The notes beneath the pieces were generated by a model. That model searched no databases. It saw only the letters and a program-made list of their open reading frames with translations, and had not been told where the DNA came from. The position numbers were made by a program, and so were the translations under genes. A stretch of DNA of 61,000 nucleotides, counting the filler, from Asterionella formosa (Eukaryota), in NCBI GenBank assembly GCA_002256025.1. It is 5 parts of 5 records of this genome, joined end to end, with 100 filler letters (N's around TTAATTAATTAA, not from the genome) between each part and the next. Parts side by side here need not be neighbours in the genome. Positions count along the whole stretch, not along the records: positions 24,446 to 36,565 come from NKIB01007824.1; positions 36,666 to 48,783 come from NKIB01007826.1; 3 more parts are not named here. One strand, given 5' to 3'. This document shows, one piece after another, positions 25,001-37,996 of this stretch. Each line of letters starts with the position of its first letter. The first letter of the stretch is position 1.

Positions 25001-27470
25001 ATGAGCTCTCCAACTTCTTTTTGCTCGTCCACTTCCAGCACAAGGCATTCTTCGACTCGAGCTCGTCATGTCTTTGGCGATCTTATATTAGATGTAGCTG
25101 AAAGTCCTGTCGGTAGTCTCAGCTATTCTCCATCTCCTTCTTTAGCACGTGTCAGCCCAGTAAATACAGCGAGCAAAGACAGCGCCGATGTCAGTGAAAA
25201 TCATCCGAAGGTCATCGATTTTAACAATAAGGAAAATGTGCCCACCAAGCGCCGCATTAATGAAAAGAAAGTTTCCTTTGCAGAACAATCAGATAACACT
25301 TTCGATAGCAAGGATGAACTCTATCGATTTCGCACGCAATCTCAGAGGTGGGATCTGGTCAAAAAAACGCAGGACGCAATTAATACTGCTAGCATTAGCG
25401 TCAACCAGACTCTCAATGCTGCACGTCACGCTAAAATCAATTTAAATCAAAAGCGGGCCACAGCGACAGCGAAGCTTCGCGATCAATGGAAGGAAGAAAA
25501 GGAGGAAGCACACTTATTTCACGCCGAAACAGCAAAGCAACGCCAAGAATTGCTAGCTCTCCAGAAGCAGTTGTCGACAAAGTTTCGCACGAACAAGAAT
25601 GCTCGCGATTTATTGGAGAAGCAAAAGCAACTTGACGCGATTGTTCGAGAGTCCGAGTTCAAGTCGGAGGTCTTTCGTCAACACCAAAGCAAACTCAAGG
25701 AGGAACGCTATCTCCGTCGACGAGAGTCAACTGAGAAGCGCGCAGCACTTCGAAGAGTGCACCGTGATGGGGAAGAGAAGCTGCGTATGATTCAAATCGA
25801 GGAAGACGAAGCAGTTCATGAAGAGCGATATGCAACAAGCATAGCAACGCGTGAATACAAGAAACGATGTGCTGACCATCGACGAACGAGTTTCCAATTC
25901 CGCACCGGAGATGCTCGGCGGATTCGTGAACTTCACGCCAAAATCGAATCTGACCGTAAAGTACAGTCTCAAGCGAACTACGAACTCCAATTTGCCGCCG
26001 ACCGAGATACTGATACCTATCGGAAGAAGCAAGAAGAGGAACGTCGTTATAGTTTGGCGTTCCGAAATGAGGAAGGGAGAAAGCATCGCGAGAAGGAACT
26101 ATTGCTGAGGTCAGAAAATCTGGTTGCACAACATGCAAGCTATGAACTGAAGCTGGCTGGTGAACGTGATTCTGATAAATACAAGAAATTTATGGCAGAT
26201 GAAAAACGAAAGAGTCTTGCTTTCCGCAATCAGGAAGGTCACCTGCATAAGGAATTGCGAAATCAGCAGGTACAGGAAGAGATGGTGAATATGCACCAAA
26301 ACTATGAACTCAAATGGGCCGGAGAGAAGGATGTCGAAGCGTATGAACAAAAAATGGAAGAGAACCGCAGAAACAGTCTAGCTTGGCGGAACTTAAAGGG
26401 GAAAAGAGAACGCGACAAGGAAAGGGAAAGACAATTAGAGGCACAAGCGGATGCTCATTCCAGCTTTGAACTAAAATGCGCCAGTTTGCGAGATGTTGAC
26501 GCACACCATAAAAAGATGGCAGAGCAGCGTAGAGACAGCGTTGCTGCACGCAACAAGGAAAGCCGCAAGCAACGAAACGAAACAATCAGTCGAGAGAACA
26601 ATCAAACCGAATTGGTCCATCAGGAATACGAACTCAAATGGAAAAGCGAAAACGATGTAGCGGCCTACAATCGCCACATGGAGAAAGAACGTCGAGAGAG
26701 TTTGCGCGTTCGCAATGAAGAACGAGTCAGTCATGCCAAAGTCATGGACGAGCTACGGTCTCTTGCAATTGAGCAGCAAACGGAGTCTTTGATGCTCAAA
26801 TGGGCTGGGGAGAATGATGCCAAGAATTACTTGGGCGCTGTTGAGGACGAACGGAGAAAGTCACTGAAGTTCCGTAACAAAGAAGGCAAACGACTCCGTG
26901 ACCTTGACAAAGCGGCTTATAATGCCGCTGTTTCACAAGCGCACGAAGAGGAGGTGTTGCAAGCAGCCGGTAAGCTCCACATTGGACCACATCTCATTAG
27001 CTCCACTCATACTAACCCACAGTTCTTCTCTAGCTCACAACGACGTAGAAAACTACAAGAAAGAATGCGCTAAAAGAGATCGACTTTCAATTCAATTCCG
27101 ACTTAAAGAGGCAAACATCCAACGCCTGGAGGAAGTAGCTGAACGGGAAAAACACCAGGAAATTGAGGAATTCAACAAATTACTTGAAGAACATGCATGG
27201 AGCGATGTTCAGGAGTACTTTAACGACTGCCAACAGCGCAAACGGCAGTCACTTGCTTTCCGAGCCAAGGAAAAGCGAAAGCACTTTCAGTGGGCACAAC
27301 TTGAAGCAGAAAGGGAGATTGAACGACAAAGCAAGGACTCTCGTTATCGAAGTCTTGATCGCCGGCATCAAGAAATGGCGAAAAGCAAAGAACGCGCTCG
27401 AATAGTATTGGATGCTATTCAGCATGCCGGCTGTACATTTTCGTCTAATCCAGTCGGGCATCTTGTTTGA
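25001..27470 (+). CDS. Charged alpha-helical protein (~801 aa) with ten exact 54-aa repeats; exons 25001..26969 and 27034..27470; function unknown
   Basis: Intron 26970..27033 (GTAAG...CTAAC...TAG) joins the two track ORFs and preserves the 162-nt repeat phase. Unit is roughly RRxSLxFRNxEG...YELKWAGExD. Confidence 0.85.
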
Positions 27471-28299
27471 AGCAAATTGTTATAACTCTGTCAGTATTAT
27501 AGGGAATATACTCAAAATTTTGGGACTTCAGATGAGTAATGATATGATGGGTTAGCAGCAGTTCGGAATCGACAAACAACTTCTAATATATGGTATTTCT
27601 TTTCTAGGCTGTTATTAGTCTAGAAATGAAAACGAGGTTCTGGCATGACAATTTGACCACATTTCGGGGATACTTAAGTAGACTAATAATATGAAATGGA
27701 CAAATCATAAATTACTTAAAAAATTTGGAAGGTGAGTCAAAAGCTAGAGCCAAGTCATGTTTCACCTATTGGCAAGGGAGTCCAGAACGATATTAAGGAA
27801 TAGCGCTATGTAGTGAATGAAATAAGACTGGGGTTGGGATCTGACAACATGGCATGGAGCTAAGGTCTTGAAGGAATTGACAAGGGAGAGCAACAATGCA
27901 TATTTTCGTGCACAACGTCTATCACAATATTGCGTAAAGATTCCGTATTTGAAGCCCTCACTTTAACAGCGGAATCAATTTTTTTGCCCGTTGTGCGGTC
28001 GTGGAGAGCAGCTTCAAAGGAAAAAATCAAGATAGGCATGAAACAGGTTACAAACCAAAGAAAATATTCTGTGTTATTGTTGTGAACACCACACCAGTTC
28101 ATGATAAGAAAACCGATGGCCTCAATAAAGGTCAAAAGCGTCTACGTATCTGCGATAGCCTACATGACGCTGAACTCAATCCTTGAAATCAGTGTATGTA
28201 ATTCTCATCACACGCAGTCAATATGAACATGTAAGCGAAATTCTGGTCGACATCAGAACCTTGTGACTCACATGTTTATGTATATTCGAAACATGTACG

Positions 28300-29520
28300 A
28301 GCAATTCCCGCTCCAGCAATCGTCTTCCCATTCGGGATTTTTAAGTAATTTTTATGCTTTTAAGTAATTTTTATTTAGGGGCAATATGGGGCAATAAAAA
28401 TTTTCGGAATAAAAAAAAATTCACGATTTTAGCATGACAGCTAGAATAACGGTAAATACATAGAAAGGGTACAACACAACAGGCGTAAAACAGACGAGAA
28501 GGATTGTAACATGCAACATCAATGAAAATTGAACATGATGTTTGGAGCAACCAAATTATGAAATGCGATTTAATAAGTAGCATCAAATGAGAAATATTGT
28601 TTTGGGTTAGAAATGAAGTAAAAAATAAGAGTTCCAATGGAGACGTATTCATTGTGACGTTGTAGTACTTACACAGGCAATTGAATTTCCATCACCACAC
28701 AATTAAAGACCAAAATAAGAAGGGAAAAAGCTGAACCCAATTTAGAACTGTATCATTATTTAGCATAGATGATCTGGTTGCTGCAACAATGTACATTGCT
28801 GTAGTAGCCTGCTGACACAAGTTGCAGTCCTTCCGCCCACAGTTGTTCCTCCCACCACCAAACAACCCTGATCATCATTCCATTCCATTCCACTCTGATG
28901 GAGAAAAGTCGTCAGGCTGCTCCAGCAATTCCCGCTTCAGCTATCATCTTGCCATTCGGGTACTTCTAAGTAATCTTTAGGCTCTAAGTAGTTATTATTG
29001 TGGGGCAATATGGGGCACATCGAATTTTTCGGCATCAAAATTGCCGATTTTTAGCATGACAACCAGAATAATGGTAAAATGCATGGAGATGGTACAACAA
29101 GCGTAAAACACACGAGAATGATTGTAACAACATGCAACATCAATGAAAATTGAACATGATGTTTGGAGGAACCAAAGTATGAAATGCGATGTAATAAGTT
29201 GCATCAAATGAGAAATAGAAAAAATTGTTTTGGGTTAGAAATGAAGGAAAAAGCAGGAGTTTCAATGGAGATGTATGCATTATGACATTTTAGTACTTAC
29301 ACAGGCAACATTGCTTGACTTTCCATCACCACGCAATCGAAGACTGAAAGAAGAAGAAAAAATGCTGAACCAAATTTAGACCTGCATCGTTATGTAGCGT
29401 AAATGGTCTGGTTGCTGCAACCATGCGCATCGCTGTAGTAGCCTGACACCAGTAGCAGTATTTTCGCCACAGTCGTCATTCCTCCAGCCACCAAACAAGC
29501 AACCCTGATCATTCCATTCT
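28300..29520. repeat. Diverged tandem duplication of a ~620-bp non-coding unit
   Basis: AGCAATTCCCGCT...GGGGCAATATGGGGCA...ACATGCAACATCAATGAAAATTGAACATGATGTTTGGAG...CAACCCTGATCAT occurs at about 28300-28890 and again at about 28924-29520. Confidence 0.8.
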
Positions 29521-30919
29521 GAGCAAACGTGATTGCCACGCTGCACCAGCACTATTGACTCTCCCTAGCTGAGTATTTATGTAGCTTGTGATATTAACTC
29601 GTAGTAGAAATGTAGCAAAGTGCATTAGTACAAGAAAAGCATGATTGCTTGGCGGCAATATTGACATCATGGTAAAGGACTATACACATCAACAAATACA
29701 ATCAACAACAATATGTCGTCAAAGAGTAGTCATCGATAAATACATTGGCTCTTATGTAGATACATACAATCGAAACAAAACGACAGTGTGGAACGGCAAA
29801 CGACGATGGAAGCGATCAAAATGGACTATGGAAGCAATCAAATCGGAACTTCGCTCACCAATTTTGTATCTATGATCACATTCAGTGTTTCACTGTTGTA
29901 CTCACCAATCCGCTCTAACAAGCGTCACACACAGGACACAATGGGCTCATAAGAAAGTCGAAAGTTCCTGTTGCAAGCCTTAATTGAGCAACAGCAGGCA
30001 GGATAGAGTGAGAATTATAATTGTGAGGACGAAATCGGGCATTCGGTATGTAACATCAATCAATATGTGAACGATACAATTTAACATTCTGGTCTTGTAA
30101 AGATAATACCGAGTCTACAGCTATAATTTTTTAACGTGTTCAAAGTAAGCATTAAAGTTTAGCTTAAACCATGCATGGTTGTTTTCAGTACCACGTACGT
30201 ATGTAGGGTAGATGCCTACTGGTAGAATATCCGTTAAGCATCATCACATGCATGACCGGAGCAAAAACTTGCCACCAACATCAGATGTATCGCTATCATC
30301 GCTTGTCCGACGAAATATGGATGATGCGACTACATGAATCCCTCGAGAAGACAAGCAATCCAACAACCAACTGCATCCGTTAGACAACGAATTGGTACTG
30401 GCGTCATCACTGAACTGATTTCGCTTCAAACCGGTAATGATGGACGACGATCGGCATGGTGAAAGGTGAATTGCCGGAGTCCACTTTTCAGGAGACAAAA
30501 AAACGAGGTGAATTCTAGTTATAAATTATTAAAATCTGAATAGTATATAAAATGGTTTCCTTAAGTAGACCCCTTGTCAATTTCGGCAATCCCGGGGCTG
30601 GACAACCGAGGGGCGATTGCTACAAATTGTAATGCCAAAATGCGAAGATCGGAAATATACAAAATATATTGTAATGATGGGCAATATCGGACCTTTGGCA
30701 TTTTCGATGTAAAGATAGGAAATATACAAAATATATTTTATATGATGGGCTAAAGCGAGCTAAAATTGACATTTACACTCGATGAGTGGGCAGTAGGTAA
30801 GCAAATGGCGCAAGAATAGCTAGTCTGTGAATTGCCTGTCTCAGTGGCTACATGCCTTCTCGTAAACATGTGTACTCGCAGTCATGAGACCACCTCGGGC
30901 GTGTAATGCTTTCAGCAAT

Positions 30920-32500
30920 ATCTAGTCCCTCTAGCTGAATATATGTAGCTTGTGATACAAGCTAATATTAGAAATGTAGAAAAGCGCATGCCCAAACAAA
31001 TTCTTCCATACAGTAGTACAAGCAAGGGGACCTGTCTTTCTGTCAGCCGCACCCTCGCAACTTTATGGCTGGTTGCAACCTGAAGATCAATGAAGTAGGA
31101 TACGTAGGCCTTAGTACAGACTTTCTTTTGCATTAAATAATTAAGAGTAAAAAATTGTGACGGATACAAAAATTGATGCAAATTCTTTGATAAATCTCCC
31201 CTCAAAAGGTATGTAACATCGATCTGTTGTCGTCGTTCATGAATTTGATTTTGCTGCTTGCTTCTTGTTTGCTTCGTTGCTCTGTTGTTCTTCGCTATGT
31301 TAGATCGTTGACATGGGTTGCCTTGCAGAAAGTTGTGTCGAAATTGAGGGCACAGCAGTGTGTTTTGAATCGTTTGACAAGCTTCTCAACGCTGATGGGT
31401 CCGCTTCATGTGCTGTTGTGTCAACTTCGGCGTCCATCCTGTCATGTTTTTGTTTATCCAGATCGTTCCAAATCTTGAAGTATGCACATGTATTTTTTGT
31501 CTTCCTTGCCTTGAAAAGTGTCTTGTATTTTTCGATGTTAACACTTTGTCTGTTGACATGCTCTCTTGCACCACAGACATGAAGTTCTCTTTAAACTTTT
31601 TCCTCTTCGTCAGAGAAACCCGACGGTAAAAATTCTTGACGCAACCCCAAGAATACTCGATTCCCTCTCCTGCAACTTGAACCCCTTGTTACCTCACCTT
31701 TCTGTTCCATGAAAGCTGCTTCCTCGGCTGATATCTGCATCCATCTGTGCATCCTTTGTTCATAGCCCAGATATGATCATTTGCAGAAATCCCATTGGTA
31801 TTGAATCATTGCAGGTTTTTCATGTCCATGAACATAGTATCCTTTCTTCCTTGTTGCATATCGGAATCCCAGACGAGCCATTCAGCGATAGACGGTAGAG
31901 GGTGGGCTAATGAAGGAAGTCCATGTGTGATTAGAATTTGTTTCAACTTTGACTTGACCTCCTCAGAGTCCAAGTCAAGTGCAACACTAACACTCTGCTC
32001 CTCATCTTCCTCAACAGGTTCATTGAATGTCAAATGGAACAGTGCTGGTAGGACCTTGTCATGTATATATTCCGAAAGCATTTCGATGGAAAGGTTATCC
32101 AAGTTTTCTTTGCCAAATCGTTGAAGCAATGTTCATGCAGATGTTGGGGTTGGCATGCAGGAAGGGAGGCAGATCCTTGGATTTTACTCTCAGTTGGAAT
32201 TTGCGGTGTTTTCGGAAATTGCGGTACCACTTGCTTGGACACCTTGTGTGGCAAGTGTGAGTCCTTGGTTGATTAATCTTTTAACAGCAGGTTGAAAAGT
32301 TTCTTGGCTTTATGGGAGTCCCAATATGTTGTTTTTTTTGTTTCTGGATGTCGTTCTTTTCGCTGCTAGGAGCAGACAACTGCAGGGAAGATGATGACTC
32401 AAAGGATGAGTTTAGTAGCTGGATGTCGTTTCTCAGTAATTGGGACAATGGAGCAGTTGCTGGTTCTGATGAAACATCAGTCCCCCCTTTAGCATGATAA
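30920..32500 (-). mobile_element. Degenerate IS630/Tc1-like transposase remnant
   Basis: The minus strand near 31680-31600 reads VAGEGIEYSWGCVKNFYRR, resembling the C-terminal catalytic (E...IE..W) segment of DDE_3-type transposases; fragmented. Its 3' end (~30927-30990) matches ~29563-29643. Confidence 0.55.
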
Positions 32501-34177
32501 ATTTACTAGTACTAGTAGTAATTGCTTCTTTCCCTTCTCCTTTGTCTTGAATTCAATTCTTCTCCTACTAGACTAGTCATAATAGCTTTACTATTGGAAT
32601 CAAAACTAGTATATAGAGAACATTCTTTCTCAAAAAGTCGAGGTGAATTACTACTACCACTAGATGATATCACATGACAATCACAAAATTTTTGACCACC
32701 ATGACCCCGATTTCCACTTCTTAGCAGCTTCTTCAATGGAAAAAATTTATCTTCCCACTCAGATAATATACATATTTAGGAAGCTTAGATACCGCTGATC
32801 CTGTAATATAAACAAGTCATTGCTTACTTTTTTCCTTTGTTTGATGCTTATGTCGAAATATCATCACCTTCTTGCCTGTTGAAATATCGACCTCATTCCC
32901 CCGAATGAACAAGATATAATTTGAGCTCTCAAAATGTTCGTCTAACTCAATCTGCTCCTTTGGCTCTGCCTCAATTAAGTTTTCATTGAGGAAATGTAGA
33001 CAATCAAATAACTTGATTAGCCTCTCCTTTATGTTGTGCGCAGCAAAAGCACGCACATCTATCCATTCCTACTGAAAGCGAGAACGCCATAATGACATGA
33101 GCTCTTGCATATATACTGGCAATTGCTCGTGATCCCTCGTCCCAAAATTCTTTGCTTTTGTAGCCGTTAGAGATAAAAATGGTGTCTTTGTTGATTAATT
33201 TAATTTCATGACATCAACAAAATTTATAAAATTAGTGTTGCTTAACGCTGTATCTGCAGCGATACACATTCGGAGCAACAAAAAATGTGTTGCTGGAAGC
33301 AACATATCACCCGGATATGTGAGATACTAAAAATTGGGCCAAGCAACATTTTTTTTATTTTATCTCTGTTAAGAACGGCCCTTACATGTTAAATCGTTAT
33401 AAGTATGATCATACAATCATATTCATAATACCTATATGTATGATCATGATCATACTACAATCATACTTATATTACCATTGTTTTCTGTAACTTGTCAAAT
33501 TTGATAACAATGCACAAAATAAGCATCATGATTATTGAAGCATAGTAATAGCCTTCCTTGAATGATTGGTTGTGGGAGTTTTTAGATCACTCATGTAAAT
33601 ATTGCTGTCAGTACCAAGTCGTGTTTGCAATTTTATTTTGCATTTTGAATGGCACCCATCATTGTTGGATGGTTACTAAACTTCTTATATACAATGTTGA
33701 TGGCTACAATCTTTCAATGAAACAGTGGACTTGAAATTGTTGTAAAGTATAGAAGTGGGAGAAGAAGTAGCAATTTGCTGATGACTAATTCTAAAAATTG
33801 TGAGGAAAGTCTAAGAACAAGTGATTGCAGGATGTTTGATACGATCATAACAAGGTTAAACTCGAACATATCCCTGGTTCAAAACTCAAAAGTTGATGAA
33901 TATCCTGTCAGTCAATTTGATTTCCATCATACTTGACAATACTTCCAATACTACCTGGTCTTATTCCTCATTTCAAAAGCAAACAATCTCTAAACATATT
34001 GATCATTTTCATTGCAGACATGGATAATAACAACGTATCCATTTCATTCAGACCAATCTACTAAAATGAATGCCTGAGTCGTCACTGCAAAGGACAACAA
34101 AAATTGTTGCCCATTGTTGTACGATATTTGCTGTCGTTGCAACATGCGCTTCATCCAAATGTGCAACTACATATGAG

Positions 34178-34969
34178 TTATCCCGTTCCAGTGTCATAAC
34201 TGTCCACACTGTTCCATTCGTCTAGTCCAAAAATATTACGAAACGCCTTCTTAGCTGTTCGCCTTCCTAATGGAATGTAACTTAACGTGTACCAAACCTG
34301 CGCGCAAATTTGAATGAAAATAAACAACAGCAGGAGTGTCAATTTGATCACTTGCTCAATCGGAAGGAACACCACGATAATTGTCAATAGCAGACAAGAT
34401 ACATAAACAATGGCCGTAGTTTTCCTCTTTTCGTCCATCATATATTTAAATTGTCGTCGTGGACCGCAGAGAAACATGGACGCTAGCAAGGCAAGGATGT
34501 TCCCGACCGTGTAATTGAGAACAAAGGGAACTGGCGAGCCTTCGATTAGCTTGATAAAAAATTTGAAGCTCATGAATGTAATCATGTCTGTTGGGTAGAT
34601 TTTTCAAAGTTTGAAAACCCACGTGAGCGCGATGCGCCAAAAGGTCGGTAATACGATTTATCAATCAGCTTGCTACTTACATGCGACGCTGAGACATACT
34701 GCGAATCCGACGAGTCTCTACCGGAACAAATCCAACAAAGTGAGCAGACCTCTACAACATACGCGGTTCATTCATAAAGTATTCCGCTATTAATGGATTA
34801 CATCTCGTCCTCACGACACATTCCGAGCACTCACCTGCTGAAAGGTCATCTTAGGACACAGATTATCAAATAGCTCTGGTTCTGGCGGCGGCTCTGGTTT
34901 CTTCGTTATTCCAAAAGAGAGCGCCGAGGCCGATAGAGAGCTGTGGGCTCGCTCTAGTAAGCTAGCCAT
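34178..34969 (-). CDS. SFT2: SFT2/Got1-family vesicle transport protein; exons 34969..34835, 34717..34681, 34587..34178
   Basis: Spliced product MASLLERAHS...CPKMTFQQ-RLVGFAVCLSVA-YMITFMSF...YTVGNILALLASMFLCGPRRQFKYM...WYTLSYIPLG. Both introns are GT-AG and preserve frame. Confidence 0.9.
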
Positions 34970-35454
34970 GGTTGAATGTTGAAGCGGTATGTCTTAACAT
35001 TTCGGTTTTTCAAAAATCATCAGGCAGCGAGGTGAACACAGCCATCAGCCATGAATCTTCGTTCTTGCAATGCATGAGGAGGTCATGCATGCCGGAAATG
35101 GCCAAGCGAGCAGGGACATAGTCAGGCACCTGGTACCGCTTAAAATTTAAAAACTGTAAGCCACCGCTATTTTACTCTATCTTTCGACTAAAAATATTTA
35201 TGTAATTCAACGATCAAAACTTGACGCAAGTACAAAGCTTATGTTAGACAATGCTCTCTGCTATACTATTAAGGAATCAGTTTTGATTCAGTGTATCTAG
35301 CCATGAAGAAATAATTTTTACAAAGTCACTAAGATTATTGCATAGCGGTGGCTTACAGTGCATATTTTTCTATCTGTACATGTATATATTTTCCCCCCAA
35401 ACCGTGTTTATTTTTACTCCGTTAATACTACAAAAATTATTTGCTTGCGGAGTC

Positions 35455-36565
35455 TCAAACTTCATCACGGAATGGTGGATCGGCAGTAGCAGTTGTAGAG
35501 GGAGAGGGAATAGCAACAGGAGGAGGTGCAGTTACAACAACCACAGCAATAGGAGGTGCATGGAGAGGGAATGGCGGCTGCTGGTCACCACGGTGATTGG
35601 TGTCATCGAATCTTGTAATCAGAGCTTGCCTTGTTTGTGGAACCGGCAAATCACCTGATTGTTTGTACCAACGCACCATTAATTTCAATTCTGGCACAGA
35701 CATCTGTTCTTTTGTTTTGTTCTGTTCTATTCCTTCAATGTAAGTGTTTTTCCGCGAAGTGTATTGAATTCTTGTTGCCTTTTGCTTGGTTTCTTTTGTA
35801 CTAATGACAATATCTGAAATTCGCTTCCGTTCCAGTGTAACAGCAAGAATATTTGGCCCAAGGGTAAAGGTTTGTGCAGAGGCCAGAAGTCCTGCTGTTA
35901 TCCTCTTCTTGTGTCCCTCAATGTGTGAATCCGCTGTCTCCCTTCTCTGTCTACTAGCTTGGGCGGCGTCCCGGTCGATTCCATTTCGCACATCCTCGCA
36001 TTTGCAAAACTTGTTAGCCAGTTTGGAGGTTTAACTCATCAGGAGGAAGAGTGGCAGTCCTCTCTGTGGGCGCATTGATGTTCTGTTGTGTCGTGGTTGG
36101 GTTACTAGTTGAATCTCAGGGTGAAGCAAGACATTATAGTTCAGGGGATACCATCCTTGTTCATAAATTGCTTTCTTGTTTGGTGTGGCAGAATTTGCAG
36201 GTATTCCATTCCTTTCCTTGGCAGCATCAATGATCAAAGAAATTATTCCTTTGGAGGTACGTTTGTTGTTATTTTTGCTGTCTAGCATTTTATTCATGTA
36301 CTCATCTGTTGCTTCAATCAATGCATTTTGCATCTGGGGTTTGTTGCTAATGGTGGTAGCAATGGTGGCACCTTTGGGCCATCCACCAACAGTTGTATAG
36401 TTGTACTACTCATGTCCTCCTTGTTTGTTTTCGTTGTTTTTGTATTTGCCTCCAAACTTCCCCAGGTAAGCACACCATTGTTTCCAGTTTCATATGCCAA
36501 AGTGCCCATCATTGTAAACTGACTATCATAATGCTCACTCACACCTTCATTGTTGTCATCTTCTT
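35455..36565 (-). mobile_element. Internally deleted pogo/Tc5-like (DDE_1) transposase remnant
   Basis: NKKAIYEQGWYPLNYNVLLHPEI and C-terminal ELKLMVRWYKQSGDLPVP resemble the tail of diatom DDE_1 transposases. Catalytic core absent; ends at a gap. Confidence 0.5.
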
Positions 36566-37669
36566 NNNNNNNNNNNNNNNNNNNNNNNNNNNNNNNNNNN
36601 NNNNNNNNNTTAATTAATTAANNNNNNNNNNNNNNNNNNNNNNNNNNNNNNNNNNNNNNNNNNNNTTTGACAATAAGTGAGCATCTGATTCACTTGTCAA
36701 TAAGTAAACATCTCCAGTCATTTGTCAATAAATGTCGCATGTTTTGGGTCTTGGTTTCTAATCACTGCCTACTAAGAATATTGATTCTCGATTCGTTGGA
36801 TTCCATATATTTTATCACCATATCACCATGTTCCTTGAACACAATTTATATGTAAGTATATGATAGAAATAATAAATAATAAATATTATTTATGATGTCG
36901 TTCTGTTGATTTTGACATCAAGTATGGCATACGAACGGATTCTGGATTCCGTCCTGTGGTACACTCGTGTCCGGAATATATTGCATGTAGCCTGTTCATA
37001 TCTGACCTACGTAAATGTCGAAGTGTCCGGTAAAACTGAAACGCAACATTGGTGTGGCCACACAAGAAGTTTGGTCGTTTGTTCTGTCTTATAGTATTGG
37101 ATAAGGTGACGCACAGCACCCAATAAAATTTGATGCACAGACACACAAAAAGCATGTATGTGTCAGTATTTGTGTTAAGCTAAGAAATAGCCTGAGCAAA
37201 AAAGTAAAACGCCTACATATGATATTGTACATGATGTCAGCTTGTCCACATAGTCAATGCGCTAACTGAATGTCAATGCCATATTATTTTCCGGATGTCG
37301 GAGTGGATATTGTACTCGTACTCTGCATTGATTGCAATCGTCCCTTCAATTTTTAGTGTCAGCCACTGTGAGCTAGCTATAGCTACCAGGGAACTTCTAC
37401 TTATAGCTATTCTTACAGTATTTAGGAGCTGTGTATTCTGTGGCACTTGCGATGGCTTCTGGCTTCGATATCCGGTACCTTGTTTATTACATCGAGATAT
37501 GACTGCAAGAAACAATCAGTGAATATTATGGGAATTTAAATAGTACTAGAGTAGAGCGTAAATACTATCAGAATTATTATCGCTCAGCACTTGTTTGGGG
37601 GGAAACATGGCAAAGGCAGGCTTATAAAACAACCAAAGCGTACCCCTAATCGATCGAAGGGCATTGTTT

Positions 37670-37996
37670 TTACACCCCGAAGCAGATGGTGCAGTCGGCC
37701 AGAATAGTGCTGCAATCAAGAGGAGCGACCGTACCTCCCTTTCCACCTTTTCCTCCACTCTTTCCCGTCAACTGACGTCTTGGAGGAACGCAAGCGAGGC
37801 AAAGGGTTTGAAATGCAAGATCAGTGCAATCGGGACCAGTGGTGCCACCCTTTCCACCTTTACCTCCACCCTGTCCGCCTTTACCACCACTCAACTTACG
37901 ACTAGCCGAGACAGAATCATGCTCGTATTTACCATGTAGGATTTCAGTAGCAGCAATGCAAGGCAAGATGAGAACGAAAACAAACGAAATCTTCAT
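37670..37996 (-). CDS. Small secreted 108-aa precursor with two RXL-flanked Gly/Lys + Cys modules (silaffin/cingulin-like processing signature)
   Basis: Signal peptide MKISFVFVLILPCIAA, then RKL-SGGKGGQGGGKGGKGG-...C-x8-C-x2-C and RQL-TGKSGGKGGKGG-...C-x6-C-x2-C. Confidence 0.75.
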   Translation of the reverse strand: MKISFVFVLILPCIAATEILHGKYEHDSVSASRKLSGGKGGQGGGKGGKGGTTGPDCTDLAFQTLCLACVPPRRQLTGKSGGKGGKGGTVAPLDCSTILADCTICFGV

